A DNA stretch of 64,000 nt, from contig CALCYJ010000208.1 of NCBI GenBank assembly GCA_937905845.1, positions 23-64,022 on the forward strand. Reading direction: 5' to 3'. This document shows, in pieces, positions 10,078 to 20,054 of this stretch (positions are counted from its first letter, which is position 1; each line of letters opens with the position of its first letter). The translations under genes and the position numbers were made by a program. Under the pieces are notes generated by a model, which saw only the letters and a list, made by a program, of their open reading frames with translations, made no database searches and was not told the origin of the DNA. This DNA comes from an uncultured Rhodospirillales bacterium (lineage in GTDB: Bacteria; Pseudomonadota; Alphaproteobacteria; Ferrovibrionales; Ferrovibrionaceae).

Positions 10078-11349
10078 ATGAAGCTGATGTGGTTCCACCT
10101 GATGCCCTATATGGCGCTGCCCGAGGATTTCCGCCAGCGCCATCCTTCCGTCTGGGTGGATATCAGCCGCGACCTGTTCGATCCGGCGCAGGCGCACCGC
10201 ATGTACAACGAATTCATCGACGAGCTGGAATATGCCGCCCAGGTCGGCTTCGATGCCGTCTGCGTCAACGAGCATCATGCCAACGGCTATGGGCTCATGC
10301 CCTCGCCCAACCTCATCGCCGCGGCGCTCAGCCGGCGGGTGAGCGATGCCGCCATCTGCGTCATGGGCAATTCGCTCGCCCTCTACAATCCGCCGACCCG
10401 CGTCGCCGAGGAGATGGCGATGATCGACTGCATCTCGGGCGGCCGGCTGATCGCGGGCTTTCCCGTCGGCACGCCGATGGATACTTGCTATGCCTATGGG
10501 CAAAATCCGAGCCAGCTCCGCGCCCGCTATCTCGAAGCCCACGATCTCGTCGTGCAGGCCTGGACAAGGCGCGAGCCTTTCGCCTTCAACGGCCGCTTCA
10601 ACCAGCTCCGCTACGTCAATATCTGGCCAAGCCCCTTGCAGCAGCCGCATCCGCCGATCTGGATTCCGGGCGGCGGCTCGGTCGAGACCTGGCAATGGTG
10701 CGCGGCGCAGGATTACGTCTATTCCTATCTCTCCTACTTCGGCTATCAGGCGGGGCGTCAGACGATGGCCGGCTTCTGGCGCGAGATGGACCGGCTCGGC
10801 AAGGACCGCAATCCCTATCGCGCCGGCTTTCTGCAATTCGTCGGCGTGGCGCGGACCCGGGCGGAAGCCGAGAAGCTCTATCGCGAGCCGGCGGAATATT
10901 TCTACGGCCGCTGCCTGCATGTCGATGCGCGCTTCGCCAATCCGCCGGGCTATGTCAGCGAGGCGACGCTGCGCGCCAAGGTGCGCTCGCAGATCAGCCA
11001 GGCCGCGGCGGCATCCGCCTTGCCCTCGGGCTTCGGCTCCGGCGGCGGCCCGAGCTTCGAGGAAATCATCGCCAAGGGCTATGTCATCATCGGCTCGCCC
11101 GACGAGGTGGCGGAAAAGCTCAAGGAGGTGGCGAACGAGCTGAATGTCGGCCATCTCATGCTGCTGCTCCAGTTCGGCAATATGGCGCGCGATCTGGCGT
11201 TCGAGAATACCCGCCTGTTCGCCGAAGAGGTGCTGCCGCAGGTTCGCGGTCAGTTCGATGGCGAGTGGGAGGATCGCTGGTGGCCGAAGCCGCTGGCGCG
11301 GGAGCGGCGCGCGGTCCCTTCGGTGCCGGCGTGGGAGGCGGCGCAATGA
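10078..11349 (+). CDS. Luciferase-like (LLM class) flavin-dependent monooxygenase
   Basis: 423 aa. MKLMWFHLMPY... and AVCVNEHHANGYGLMPSPNL are typical of LLM-fold oxidoreductases. Confidence 0.8.
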   Translation: MKLMWFHLMPYMALPEDFRQRHPSVWVDISRDLFDPAQAHRMYNEFIDELEYAAQVGFDAVCVNEHHANGYGLMPSPNLIAAALSRRVSDAAICVMGNSLALYNPPTRVAEEMAMIDCISGGRLIAGFPVGTPMDTCYAYGQNPSQLRARYLEAHDLVVQAWTRREPFAFNGRFNQLRYVNIWPSPLQQPHPPIWIPGGGSVETWQWCAAQDYVYSYLSYFGYQAGRQTMAGFWREMDRLGKDRNPYRAGFLQFVGVARTRAEAEKLYREPAEYFYGRCLHVDARFANPPGYVSEATLRAKVRSQISQAAAASALPSGFGSGGGPSFEEIIAKGYVIIGSPDEVAEKLKEVANELNVGHLMLLLQFGNMARDLAFENTRLFAEEVLPQVRGQFDGEWEDRWWPKPLARERRAVPSVPAWEAAQ

Positions 11350-12137
11350 GCGGTGCTGGGGACGGCCCCGCCGAACGCATGGTGAGCGTCAACGGCAGCC
11401 CCTGCCGGATCTGGGAAAAGGGCCGGGGCGAACCGGTCTTCTATCTCGCCGGCCTCGCCGGGCTGCCGCGCTGGACCGGCTTTCTCGATGCGCTCGCCGA
11501 ACACCGCCGCGTGGTGGCGCCGTCCCTGCCGGGCTTTCCCGGCGGGCTCGGTCATGACCGGCTGGATAGTCCGCTCGATTGGATCGCCGCGACCCTCGAT
11601 CTGCTGGAGGCGGCGGGGATGGACGGCGCCGATCTGATCGGCGCCAGCGTCGGCGGAACGCTCGCGGCCGAGGTGGCGGCGTTGGCGCCCGGGCTGGTGC
11701 GCCGGCTGGTGCTGATCGCGCCCTTCGGCCTCTATGACGAGAGCGTGCCGCCGACCGATGTCTGGGCGCAGCGGCCGGGTGCCGAGGCCGCCCTGCTCTG
11801 TCACGACCCGGCCGCTTTCGAGGCTTTCGTCGCCCCGCCGGAGGGGGCCGATCCCGGCGAATGGTCGATCGCCCGCACCCGCGCCGCGGAAGCCGCCGCC
11901 AGGCTCCTCTGGCCGCTCGCCGATACCAGGCTCGAACGCCGGCTGCATCGGCTGCGCGCGCCGACGCTCCTGCTCTGGGGCGCGGCCGACCGGATCCTCG
12001 CCCCGGCCTATGCCGCGCGGTTCGACCGCGCGATCGCCGGACGAACGGAGGTGGTCGTGCTGCCCGGTGCCGGCCATCTGGCCGACCTCGAAGCGGGGCC
12101 GGCGGCCGCCGCGGCGGCGTTGCGCTGGCTTAGCTGA
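11346..12137 (+). CDS. Alpha/beta-fold hydrolase
   Basis: ATG 11346 overlaps the LLM stop codon (ATGA). Nucleophile-elbow-like GASVGG, with a HLADLE-type C-terminal His region. It is the C-terminal part of ORF 10026..12137. Confidence 0.8.
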   Translation: MSGAGDGPAERMVSVNGSPCRIWEKGRGEPVFYLAGLAGLPRWTGFLDALAEHRRVVAPSLPGFPGGLGHDRLDSPLDWIAATLDLLEAAGMDGADLIGASVGGTLAAEVAALAPGLVRRLVLIAPFGLYDESVPPTDVWAQRPGAEAALLCHDPAAFEAFVAPPEGADPGEWSIARTRAAEAAARLLWPLADTRLERRLHRLRAPTLLLWGAADRILAPAYAARFDRAIAGRTEVVVLPGAGHLADLEAGPAAAAAALRWLS

Positions 12138-12166
12138 GGCTTAGCGGAGGCCGCCCCAAAGCCTGG

Positions 12167-13357
12167 CTATTTCGCGCCGCTCGCGCGGGCCAGGCCGTGG
12201 GCGCGGCGTTCGAGCCACCAGCCGTATTGCTCCGGCCATAGCGCCCAGGCTTCCTCGCCTTCCAGCGCCAGCGCGGCCTGGAGCGGCCAATGCGGATTGA
12301 AGAGCGCCTCGCGGCCGATGGCGATGAGATCGGCCTCGCCCGCCTCCAGCACCGCTTCCGCCTGCGCCGGGTCGAGGATGAGGCCGACCGCCTGGGTGGC
12401 GATGCCGGCGCCCCGCCTGATCTCTGCCGCGAAAGGGACCTGGAACCCCGGCCCGCGCGGGACCGCCGCCGCCGTGGCCGAGCCGCCGATGCCGCCCGAC
12501 GAACAATCGATGACATCGACCCCGCGCGCTTTCAAGGCGCGGGCGAGCGCCACCGAATCCTCGATGCTCCAGCCTTCGGCCGCGCCGTCCACCGCCGAAA
12601 TGCGGAAGAACAGCGGCAGTTCGGCCGGCCAGCGCGGCCGGACGCGCTCGGCCAGCTCCAGGGCGAAGCGCATGCGCCCGGCGAGATCGCCGCCATAGGA
12701 ATCCCGGCGCCGGTTGGCGAGCGGCGAGAGGAAACTGTGGGTCAGATAGCCATGAGCGCCGTGCAGCTCCAGCGCCTCGAAACCGGCCCGCCGCGCCCGC
12801 TCGGCCGTGGCGACGAAAGCCTCCTGGATGGTGGCGATGCCGGCGAGATCGAGTTCCTCGGGCAGCAGCCAGCCCGGGCCGACCGGCTCGGCGGTGGGCG
12901 CCACGATCGGCCAGGCTCGCTCGCCCCGCGCCTGGTCGGCGGCATCGAGCGGGCCATTGCCGAACCAGGGGCGCTGCATGCTGGCCTTGCGGCCGGCATG
13001 GGCGATCTGGATCGCGGGGGTGGCGCCCTGGCGCTTGAGGAAGGCGGCGATGCGGGCGAGCGGCGCGATCTGAAGATCCTGCCACAGGCCAAGGTCGCCG
13101 TGGGTGATGCGGCCCTCGGCCAGGACCGCCGCCGCCTCGGTGAAGACCAGCCCGGCGCCGCCCACGGCGAATTGCGCGAGATGGGCGAAATGCCAATCCC
13201 CCGCCATGCCGTCATGGGCCGAATATTGGCACATCGGGGAGATGACGATGCGGTTGCGCAAGCGCACGCCGCGCAAGGCGAGCGGCTGGAACAGGCGCGA
13301 GCGCGGCGTGGCCAGGGCGCCTAGGCGCGGTGCCGGCGAAAGTTTGGTCTCAGACAT
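12167..13357 (-). CDS. NADH:flavin oxidoreductase (Old Yellow Enzyme family)
   Basis: 396 aa. LRNRIVISPMCQYSA and HGAHGYLTHSFLSPLANRRRDSYGG are OYE hallmarks. The start overlaps the upstream gene's stop by 8 nt. Confidence 0.9.
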   Translation of the reverse strand: MSETKLSPAPRLGALATPRSRLFQPLALRGVRLRNRIVISPMCQYSAHDGMAGDWHFAHLAQFAVGGAGLVFTEAAAVLAEGRITHGDLGLWQDLQIAPLARIAAFLKRQGATPAIQIAHAGRKASMQRPWFGNGPLDAADQARGERAWPIVAPTAEPVGPGWLLPEELDLAGIATIQEAFVATAERARRAGFEALELHGAHGYLTHSFLSPLANRRRDSYGGDLAGRMRFALELAERVRPRWPAELPLFFRISAVDGAAEGWSIEDSVALARALKARGVDVIDCSSGGIGGSATAAAVPRGPGFQVPFAAEIRRGAGIATQAVGLILDPAQAEAVLEAGEADLIAIGREALFNPHWPLQAALALEGEEAWALWPEQYGWWLERRAHGLARASGAK

Positions 13358-15680
13358 TGGCGCGGGCCTCCGCCATCGCCCGCCACACCCGTTCGGGCGT
13401 CGCCGGCATGTCGATATGGTCGATGCCGAGATCCTTCAGCGCATCGACCAGCGCATTGATCACCGCCGGCGGCGAGCCGACCGCGCCGGCCTCGCCCGCG
13501 CCCTTGACCCCGAGCGGGTTGGTGGTGCAGGGAACCTCGTTCAGCGCGAAGCGGATCATCGGCAGATCGTCGGCGCGCGGCAGGCAGTAATCCATGAACG
13601 AGCCGCTGACGAGCTGGCCGTCCGCGCCATAGACCGTGTGTTCGAGCAGCGCCTGGCCCACCCCCTGGGCGACGCCGCCATGGGCCTGGCCCTCGACGAT
13701 CATCGGATTGATGACGCGGCCCATGTCGTCGACGACGGTATAGGCGGCGAGAATGACCTGCCCGGTCGCCTCGTCCACCTCGACCTCGGCGATATGGCAG
13801 CCGTTGGGGAAAGTGCCGACCGAGACGGTGTATTTCGCCGCGGCATCGAGACTTTCGCCAAGCTCGGGCGGCCGCTTCGCCGGATCGCGGGCGAAGGCTG
13901 CGAGCTCGAGGATGCCGATATCGCGGTCGGTGCCGGCGATGCGAAAGCGCCCGGCGGCAAATTCGATGTCGGCGGCGGCGGCTTCGAGCACATGGCCTGC
14001 CATCACTTTGCCCTTGGCGATGATGAGATCGGAGGCATTGGTGATGGCGCCGCCCTCCGAATAGAGCGAGCGGGCGCCGCCGGTGCCGCCGCCGCTCAGG
14101 ATCGCGTCGCTGTCGCCCTGGATGATTCGGATGCGATCGTGCGGCACCCCCAGATGGTCGGAAACGACCTGGGTATAGGCGGTCTCGTGCCCCTGGCCGG
14201 TCGATTGCGTGCCGACCAGGACGCTGACCATGCCATCGGCCTCGAAGCGGATCTCCGCCCGCTCCTCGGTCATTCCGGCGGTCGCTTCGAGATAGCAGGC
14301 CATGCCGATGCCGCGCCGCCGGCCGGCGCGCCGCGCGGCGGCATCGCGGGCGGCAAGCCCCGTCCAGTCGGCGGTCGCCATCGCCCGGGTCATGTTCTCC
14401 TCGAAGGCGCCCGAATCATAGGTCAGGCCCATGACGGTGGTGAAGGGCAGGGCCGAGGGCTGGATGAAATTGCGCCGCCTGATCTCGTCCGGCGTAAGGC
14501 CGATCTCGCGCGCCGCCTTGTCCATCAGGCGCTCGACGAGATAATTGGCTTCCGGCCGACCGGCGCCGCGATAGGCATCGACCGGCACGGTATTGGTGAA
14601 GACGCCCTTCACCTCGACGTGGATCGCCGGCATGGCATAGAGGCCCGAGAGAACGCGGGTGCCGGCGATGGTCGGGATGAAGGGCGCGAAGGTCGAAAGA
14701 TGGGCGCCGAGATTGGCCAGCGTCGAAACGCGCAAGGCCAGGATCCGGCCGTCCTTGTCGAGCGCCATCTCCGCCCGGCTGAAATTGTCGCGGCCCTGGG
14801 TATCGGAGAGGAAGGCGTCGGTGCGGTCCGCCGTCCATTTGACCGGGCGGCCGAGGCGGCGCGCGGCAAAGGCGGTCAGGACATGCTCGGGGTAGAGAAA
14901 GAGCTTCATGCCGAAGCCGCCGCCGACATCGGGCGTCACGATGCGGAACATCTTCTCCGGCAGCCGGAAGACGGCTTCCGCGAGAAGGCCCCGCAGCATG
15001 TGGGATCCTTGCGTACTGGTATGAAGGGTGAAGCGGCCGCTCGCCGGATCGAAATCGGCCAGCGCCCCGCGCGCCTCCATCGAGGAGACGATGATGCGGT
15101 TGTTCACCAGCTCGATGCGGGCGACATGCGCAGCCTTGGCGAAGCCGGCATCGGCCTTGGCGGCCTCGCCCGCCGCCCAGTCGAAGCAGAGATTGCCGGC
15201 GGCTTCGGCGTGAATCCCGGGCGCGCCGGCGGCGATCGCGGCCCGGACCTCGGCAACGGCTGGCAGCGGCTCGTAATCGATCTCCACCTGCTCGGCGGCA
15301 TCGCGGGCCTGGGCCAGCGTTTCCGCGACGATGAAGGCGACGCCGTCGCCGACATGGCGCACGACATCTTGCGCAAGCGCGGTGCGGGCCGGGTTGGCGC
15401 GGTCGGACCCGTCGCGGTTCTTGAGCGGGATGACGCAGGGCAGCGGCCCGACCCCGTCGGCGGCAAGATCGGCGGCGGTGAAGACACCGAGCACGCCGGG
15501 CAACGCCTGCGCCGCCTGCGTGTCGAGCGAGAGAATGCGGGCATGGGCGTGCGGCGAGCGCAGGACGATGGCATAGGCCTGGCCGGGCAGGTTGATGTCG
15601 TCGGTATAGCGGCCCTGCCCGGTGAGCAGGCGCTGGTCCTCGACGCGGCGGATGGGTTGGGCGGTACCGAAGTTGGCCAT
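13350..15680 (-). CDS. Molybdopterin-binding large subunit of the xanthine dehydrogenase / aldehyde oxidase / CoxL family
   Basis: 776 aa. RRVEDQRLLTGQGRYTDD N-terminus, PDVGGGFGMK and GVKGAGEAGAVGSPPAV motifs. No adjacent 2Fe-2S or FAD subunit genes. Confidence 0.88.
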   Translation of the reverse strand: MANFGTAQPIRRVEDQRLLTGQGRYTDDINLPGQAYAIVLRSPHAHARILSLDTQAAQALPGVLGVFTAADLAADGVGPLPCVIPLKNRDGSDRANPARTALAQDVVRHVGDGVAFIVAETLAQARDAAEQVEIDYEPLPAVAEVRAAIAAGAPGIHAEAAGNLCFDWAAGEAAKADAGFAKAAHVARIELVNNRIIVSSMEARGALADFDPASGRFTLHTSTQGSHMLRGLLAEAVFRLPEKMFRIVTPDVGGGFGMKLFLYPEHVLTAFAARRLGRPVKWTADRTDAFLSDTQGRDNFSRAEMALDKDGRILALRVSTLANLGAHLSTFAPFIPTIAGTRVLSGLYAMPAIHVEVKGVFTNTVPVDAYRGAGRPEANYLVERLMDKAAREIGLTPDEIRRRNFIQPSALPFTTVMGLTYDSGAFEENMTRAMATADWTGLAARDAAARRAGRRRGIGMACYLEATAGMTEERAEIRFEADGMVSVLVGTQSTGQGHETAYTQVVSDHLGVPHDRIRIIQGDSDAILSGGGTGGARSLYSEGGAITNASDLIIAKGKVMAGHVLEAAAADIEFAAGRFRIAGTDRDIGILELAAFARDPAKRPPELGESLDAAAKYTVSVGTFPNGCHIAEVEVDEATGQVILAAYTVVDDMGRVINPMIVEGQAHGGVAQGVGQALLEHTVYGADGQLVSGSFMDYCLPRADDLPMIRFALNEVPCTTNPLGVKGAGEAGAVGSPPAVINALVDALKDLGIDHIDMPATPERVWRAMAEARANV

Positions 15681-15829
15681 GGCGGGCGGATATTCCTCTC
15701 AAGATGTCGGGCCGGAGCCTATTCCTGGAAAAGCAGACCCACTTTGTCGCCCAGGATTATGCGTAAAAGCAATGGCGCAAGAGCCTTTCGCTCGTCAAGC
15801 CGTCTTGTACGCAGGGGAGGGTTGCGCCC

Positions 15830-17038
15830 TTATGCCTTGGCCGGTGTATCCGCCAGCACGCCGGTCGTGCGCAGCGCTGCGATCTCCTCGGGCGTGAAGC
15901 CCGCCTCGCGCAAAACGGCATCATTGTCGGCGGCAAAGCGCGGCGGCGCGGCCCGCACGCTTCCCGGCGTGCGCGAAAGCTTCACCGGGATGCCGGTGCC
16001 GCGATAGCCGTCCTTCTCCACCACCATCTCCCGATGCAGCGTATGGGGATGGGTCAGCACGTCGGGGATGGTCAGCGCGGCGCCCGCCGGCACCCCCGCC
16101 CGCATCAGCCGCGCCGCCAGTTCCTCGCCGTCGCAGGGCGCGACGAGGGCGGCGATCTCGGCCCCGATCTCGGCGCGGTGGACAAGCCGGTCCTGGTTGG
16201 TGCGGAAGCGCGGATCCTCCGCCAGTTCCGGCTTGCCGAGCGTGGCGCAGAGCTTGCGGAACTGCGCATTGTTGCCGGCGCCGATGAAGATCTTGCGCCC
16301 GGTGGTCGGATAGAGGTCGTAGGGCACGATATTGGGATGGCCGTTGCCGGTAAGCCTGGGCGCCTCGCCCGACATGAACCAGTTGGCGGCATGGGGATGC
16401 TGGAGCGCCACGGCGGTGTCAAAGAGCGCGACCTCCACCGACTGGCCGCGACCCGAGCGGCTCCGCTCCAGGAGGGCGAGCAGGATGCCGACGGTGGCAT
16501 TGAGGCCGGTCGCGAGATCGACCAGCGGAATGCCGAGGCGGACCGGCCCGCTCTCCGGCGCGCCATTGACCGACATCAGCCCGGCCCAGACCTGCACGAT
16601 CGCGTCATAGCCCGGAAAGCCGCCGAATGGGCCGCTGGCGCCAAAGCCCGTCACCCGGCAATGGACCAGGCGGGGGAAGCGCTCGCGCAGCACCGCCTCG
16701 TACCCGAGATCCCATTTTTCGAGCGTGCCGGTCTTGAAATTCTCCACCAGAACGTCGGCCTCGGCCAGCAGGCGGAGCAGCACCGCCCGCCCTTCGGGCT
16801 TGGCGATATCGAGGGCGATCGCGCGCTTGTTGCGGTTGGTGCCGGCGAAATAGGCCGACAGCCCGTCTTGGAACGGCGGACCCCAGGCGCGGGTGTCGTC
16901 GCCCTGGGGCGGCTCGACCTTGATCACGTCGGCGCCGTGATCGGCCAGCATCTGGCCGCAGGAAGGGCCGCCCAAAACGCGGCTCACATCGATAACCTTG
17001 GTGCCGGTGAGCGCGCCGGCGGGCGCGGATTGCGTCAT
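15830..17038 (-). CDS. Family III CoA-transferase (CaiB/BaiF type)
   Basis: LTGTKVIDVSRVLGGPSCGQMLADHGADVIKVEPPQGDDTR is the classic family III N-terminus. ATG 17038 was chosen inside ORF 15830..17104. Confidence 0.88.
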   Translation of the reverse strand: MTQSAPAGALTGTKVIDVSRVLGGPSCGQMLADHGADVIKVEPPQGDDTRAWGPPFQDGLSAYFAGTNRNKRAIALDIAKPEGRAVLLRLLAEADVLVENFKTGTLEKWDLGYEAVLRERFPRLVHCRVTGFGASGPFGGFPGYDAIVQVWAGLMSVNGAPESGPVRLGIPLVDLATGLNATVGILLALLERSRSGRGQSVEVALFDTAVALQHPHAANWFMSGEAPRLTGNGHPNIVPYDLYPTTGRKIFIGAGNNAQFRKLCATLGKPELAEDPRFRTNQDRLVHRAEIGAEIAALVAPCDGEELAARLMRAGVPAGAALTIPDVLTHPHTLHREMVVEKDGYRGTGIPVKLSRTPGSVRAAPPRFAADNDAVLREAGFTPEEIAALRTTGVLADTPAKA

Positions 17039-17066
17039 GGACCTGTCTATCTGGCTGGAAATATCT

Positions 17067-17813
17067 TCAGGCGGTTTCGCCCGCGGCAAAGGCGGTGGCG
17101 GCAAAGCGCGGGTAGGTCTCGGCGATCTCGGCCCGGATGGCGCCGCGCATCAGCGCGAGTGCCGCCGCGTCGGGTGGCGGCGTTTCCGGCACGTTTCCCG
17201 GCCGGTCGAAGGTAAAGCCGGTCTGATCGAGAACCTCTTCCACCGTATGGCCGGGATGCACGCTTTCGAGGCGGAAGCAGCCCTTGGCCTTGTCGAAGGC
17301 GAAGAGGCAGAGGTTGGTGATCAGCGCCTGCGGACCGCCCCGGCGCCACACGTTCAGGGCGCTGACCCCCGGCGCGCTGATGAAATCCACTTTCTCGACC
17401 AGGGTGCGCCGGCTGTGCTCCTCGCGGAACAGGATCACGCGGGGCACCAGGAAATAGAGATAGGCCGAGCCGAAGGAGCCCGACCAGCGCACGTCCGAGC
17501 GCGGATAGGGGCCGGTGCCGACCAGATTGATATTGGCCTGGCCGTCGATCTGGCCGCCGCTGAGAAAGAAGGCATCGACGCGGCCCTGGGCGGCGCAATC
17601 GAACAATTCGACCCCGCCGTTGGTGAAGAAATTGTTGCGCGTCGAGCCCAGCACGCTGACCCGCATGGCGCCGCCCGAGAGCGCGCGGCCGAGCAATGCC
17701 GCGCCGCCCGGAATGGGCGATGAGGCGCCGACGGCGACATGCCGGCAGCCTTCCAGCAGCCGCGTCACCGCCGCGATCAGCAGCTCCTGCCGGCTATAGG
17801 CCGCAGGGCTCAT
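17067..17813 (-). CDS. CoA-transferase beta-subunit homologue (no recognisable catalytic SENG motif)
   Basis: 248 aa. GGQIDGQANINLVG is typical of class I beta subunits. The expected [LF][HQ]SENG position reads FFTNGG, so no Glu is present. ATGA overlap with the alpha-subunit gene. Confidence 0.7.
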   Translation of the reverse strand: MSPAAYSRQELLIAAVTRLLEGCRHVAVGASSPIPGGAALLGRALSGGAMRVSVLGSTRNNFFTNGGVELFDCAAQGRVDAFFLSGGQIDGQANINLVGTGPYPRSDVRWSGSFGSAYLYFLVPRVILFREEHSRRTLVEKVDFISAPGVSALNVWRRGGPQALITNLCLFAFDKAKGCFRLESVHPGHTVEEVLDQTGFTFDRPGNVPETPPPDAAALALMRGAIRAEIAETYPRFAATAFAAGETA

Positions 17814-18664
17814 TCGGCGGCCTGCGCAACCGCGCCGCCCTTGAGCCGGCCGTCGAGCCAGCGGGCGAGGAAATCGGCGAAGCCCGCATCGCTCCGCGCC
17901 GCCTGCACGTAGGCGGCGAGCGTGACGCCGTCGGCCTCGTAGCGGTCCCACAGATTGAGCGGCCAGGCACCCGCCGGCGCTTCCGCCACGCCGCTGACAT
18001 AGAGCGCCGGGATGGTGCCGGCGGCGGTGGCATCGTCGGCGAGCAGATCCTTGTCCACCACCTGCTCGACGGTGACCAGGGTCAGGGTCGCGGCATGCGC
18101 CATGGTCATCAGCTCCCGCCGCCGGCCGATCCAGACATTGCCGGCGCGATCGGCGAGCGGCGCATGGAACAGCGCCACGTCGGGGTGGATCGCCGGCAGC
18201 GCCACAATCGGATCATCGGCGGGTTCAGCGGCGAAGGGATTGCCGATCACCAGCCAATCGGGGCGGCGGGCTAAGATGTCGCTGCCGAGGATGCCGCGCA
18301 GCACCATGAAGGGAATGCCCTTTTCCGCCGCCTGGAGGCCGGCATGCAGCGCCGGGCAGGTGGCATCGAGCAGGCGCAGGCTGCCGGCCTTCACCGCCTG
18401 GGCGAAGCGCGGCCCGGTGCCATATTCGCCGAGCGTGATGCCGGCGGTCTCGATGGTCGAGACGCAGCCGGCGCCGATCAGGATATCGGCCTGCAAGCCG
18501 CTGACCGGAACGCAGACGAGATGGAGGTCGCGCGCGCCGCGGGCCACGAGCGCGCGGGTCGCCGCCATGGCGACGCCGGAATAATCCGCCGGCACCGCCA
18601 GCTTGGCACCGTCGGGGATGCGGGCGGCCAGTGCCGCGACGCTCGGCATGAGAGGGTCATTCAT
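17810..18664 (-). CDS. CoA-transferase alpha-subunit homologue
   Basis: 284 aa, translationally coupled to the beta homologue. Overall resemblance to glutaconate-CoA-transferase/IpdA-type alpha subunits, judged from memory. Confidence 0.7.
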   Translation of the reverse strand: MNDPLMPSVAALAARIPDGAKLAVPADYSGVAMAATRALVARGARDLHLVCVPVSGLQADILIGAGCVSTIETAGITLGEYGTGPRFAQAVKAGSLRLLDATCPALHAGLQAAEKGIPFMVLRGILGSDILARRPDWLVIGNPFAAEPADDPIVALPAIHPDVALFHAPLADRAGNVWIGRRRELMTMAHAATLTLVTVEQVVDKDLLADDATAAGTIPALYVSGVAEAPAGAWPLNLWDRYEADGVTLAAYVQAARSDAGFADFLARWLDGRLKGGAVAQAAE

Positions 18665-18785
18665 GATGCTTCCTCCTGCCGGCGGCGGCGCCGGTCCGTG
18701 CTAGAGGCCTTAAGGTTACCTTGCGACTCTAGAGCGCTTTCGCCGCAAACGAAAGCACGCCGAAACCCTGAGGCCGCGCGCGCGG

Positions 18786-19946
18786 TCAGGCGGGGGCCTG
18801 CGCCTCGTGCTCGCGCAGCATGGCGCGGGCGATGACGATCTGCTGGATCTGGCTGGTGCCCTCGTAGAGGCGGAACAGGCGGACGTCGCGATAGAAGCGC
18901 TCCACCGCATAATCCGCCATATAGCCGGCGCCGCCATGGATCTGCACCGCGCGGTCGGCGACGCGGCCGACCATCTCGGAGGCATAATATTTGCTCGCCG
19001 CGGCCGGCATGGTGATGTCCTCGCCCCCGTCATAGCGCCGGGCGGCGTCGCGCACCATGCAGGCGGCGGCATAAGCTTCCGTGCGGCTGTCGGCCAGCAT
19101 CGCCTGCACGAGCTGGAAAGTGGCGATGGCCTGGCCGAACTGCTTGCGGTCCGCGGCATAGGAGACCGCCTCGTGGATCAGGCGCTCGGCGACGCCGCAG
19201 CACACGGCGGCGATATGCAGGCGGCCGCGGTCGAGCACTTTCATCGCCGTCTTGAAGCCCTGGCCCTCCCTGAGGCCGATCAGGTTGGCGGCCGGCACCA
19301 GGACATCGTCGAAATGGATGTCGCAGGTCATGGCGCCGCGCTGGCCCATCTTGCGGTCGGGCTTGCCAAGCGTGATGCCGGGACTTTTCGCCTCGACGAT
19401 AAAGGCGGAGATGCCGGCGGCGCCGGGCTTTCCCGGGTCGGTGCGGGCCATGAGCGTGAAGATGCCGGCGGTCGGCGCGTTGGTGATATAGCGCTTGGCG
19501 CCGTTGACGCGATAGACATCGCCCTCGCGCACGGCGCGGGTGCGCAGGCTGGCGGCATCCGATCCGGCCTCGGGCTCCGTCAGCGCGAAGGAGGCGGTGA
19601 TCTCGCCCGAGGCCAGGCGCGGCAGCCAGGCCTGCTTCTGCGCCTCGGTGCCATCGATCAGGATGCCCTGGCTGCCGATGCCGTTGTTGGTGCCGATGAG
19701 CGAGCGGAAGGCGGGCGAGGTCCAGCCCAGCTCCATCGCCAGCTCCGCTTCCGCCGCCATGTCGAGGCCGAGGCCGCCATAGCTTTCCGGGATCGACATG
19801 CCGAAGAGGCCCATCTCCGCCATCTCGCGGCGCACCGCGTCGGGGATGCTATCCTGCGCCGCCACCTCACCTTCGAGCGGCACCAGCCGCTCGCGCACAT
19901 AGCGCCGCAGCATGTCCTTCAACGGCCCGACAATATCCCGATCCAT
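18786..19946 (-). CDS. Acyl-CoA dehydrogenase
   Basis: ATG 19946 (MDRDIVGPLKDML...). LTEPEAGSDA, YITNA and the C-terminal YEGTSQIQQIVIAR motif are present. Confidence 0.9.
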   Translation of the reverse strand: MDRDIVGPLKDMLRRYVRERLVPLEGEVAAQDSIPDAVRREMAEMGLFGMSIPESYGGLGLDMAAEAELAMELGWTSPAFRSLIGTNNGIGSQGILIDGTEAQKQAWLPRLASGEITASFALTEPEAGSDAASLRTRAVREGDVYRVNGAKRYITNAPTAGIFTLMARTDPGKPGAAGISAFIVEAKSPGITLGKPDRKMGQRGAMTCDIHFDDVLVPAANLIGLREGQGFKTAMKVLDRGRLHIAAVCCGVAERLIHEAVSYAADRKQFGQAIATFQLVQAMLADSRTEAYAAACMVRDAARRYDGGEDITMPAAASKYYASEMVGRVADRAVQIHGGAGYMADYAVERFYRDVRLFRLYEGTSQIQQIVIARAMLREHEAQAPA

Positions 19947-20054
19947 CTTCCGCCGTTCCTTGCGCCACAAAATTAAGGGTTTCCGCCGGTCAGCATGCCG
20001 CAAAACCCTGGGCCTGAGTAGCCTCCTGTGCGGGGCGCCGGGAATGCGGCGCCA

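Noticed and set aside
10026-12137. 703-aa ORF that looks like a large fusion protein
   Set aside because: The N-terminal ~440 codons overlap the LLM gene in another frame and are Arg/Pro-rich nonsense. Only the part from ATG 11346 (the alpha/beta hydrolase) is credible.
13104-16007. 967-aa ORF on the plus strand
   Set aside because: It lies entirely antisense to the well-supported molybdo-hydroxylase and CoA-transferase genes. It is Arg/Gly/Ala-rich low-complexity sequence with no motifs. This is the typical stop-free shadow frame of high-GC DNA.
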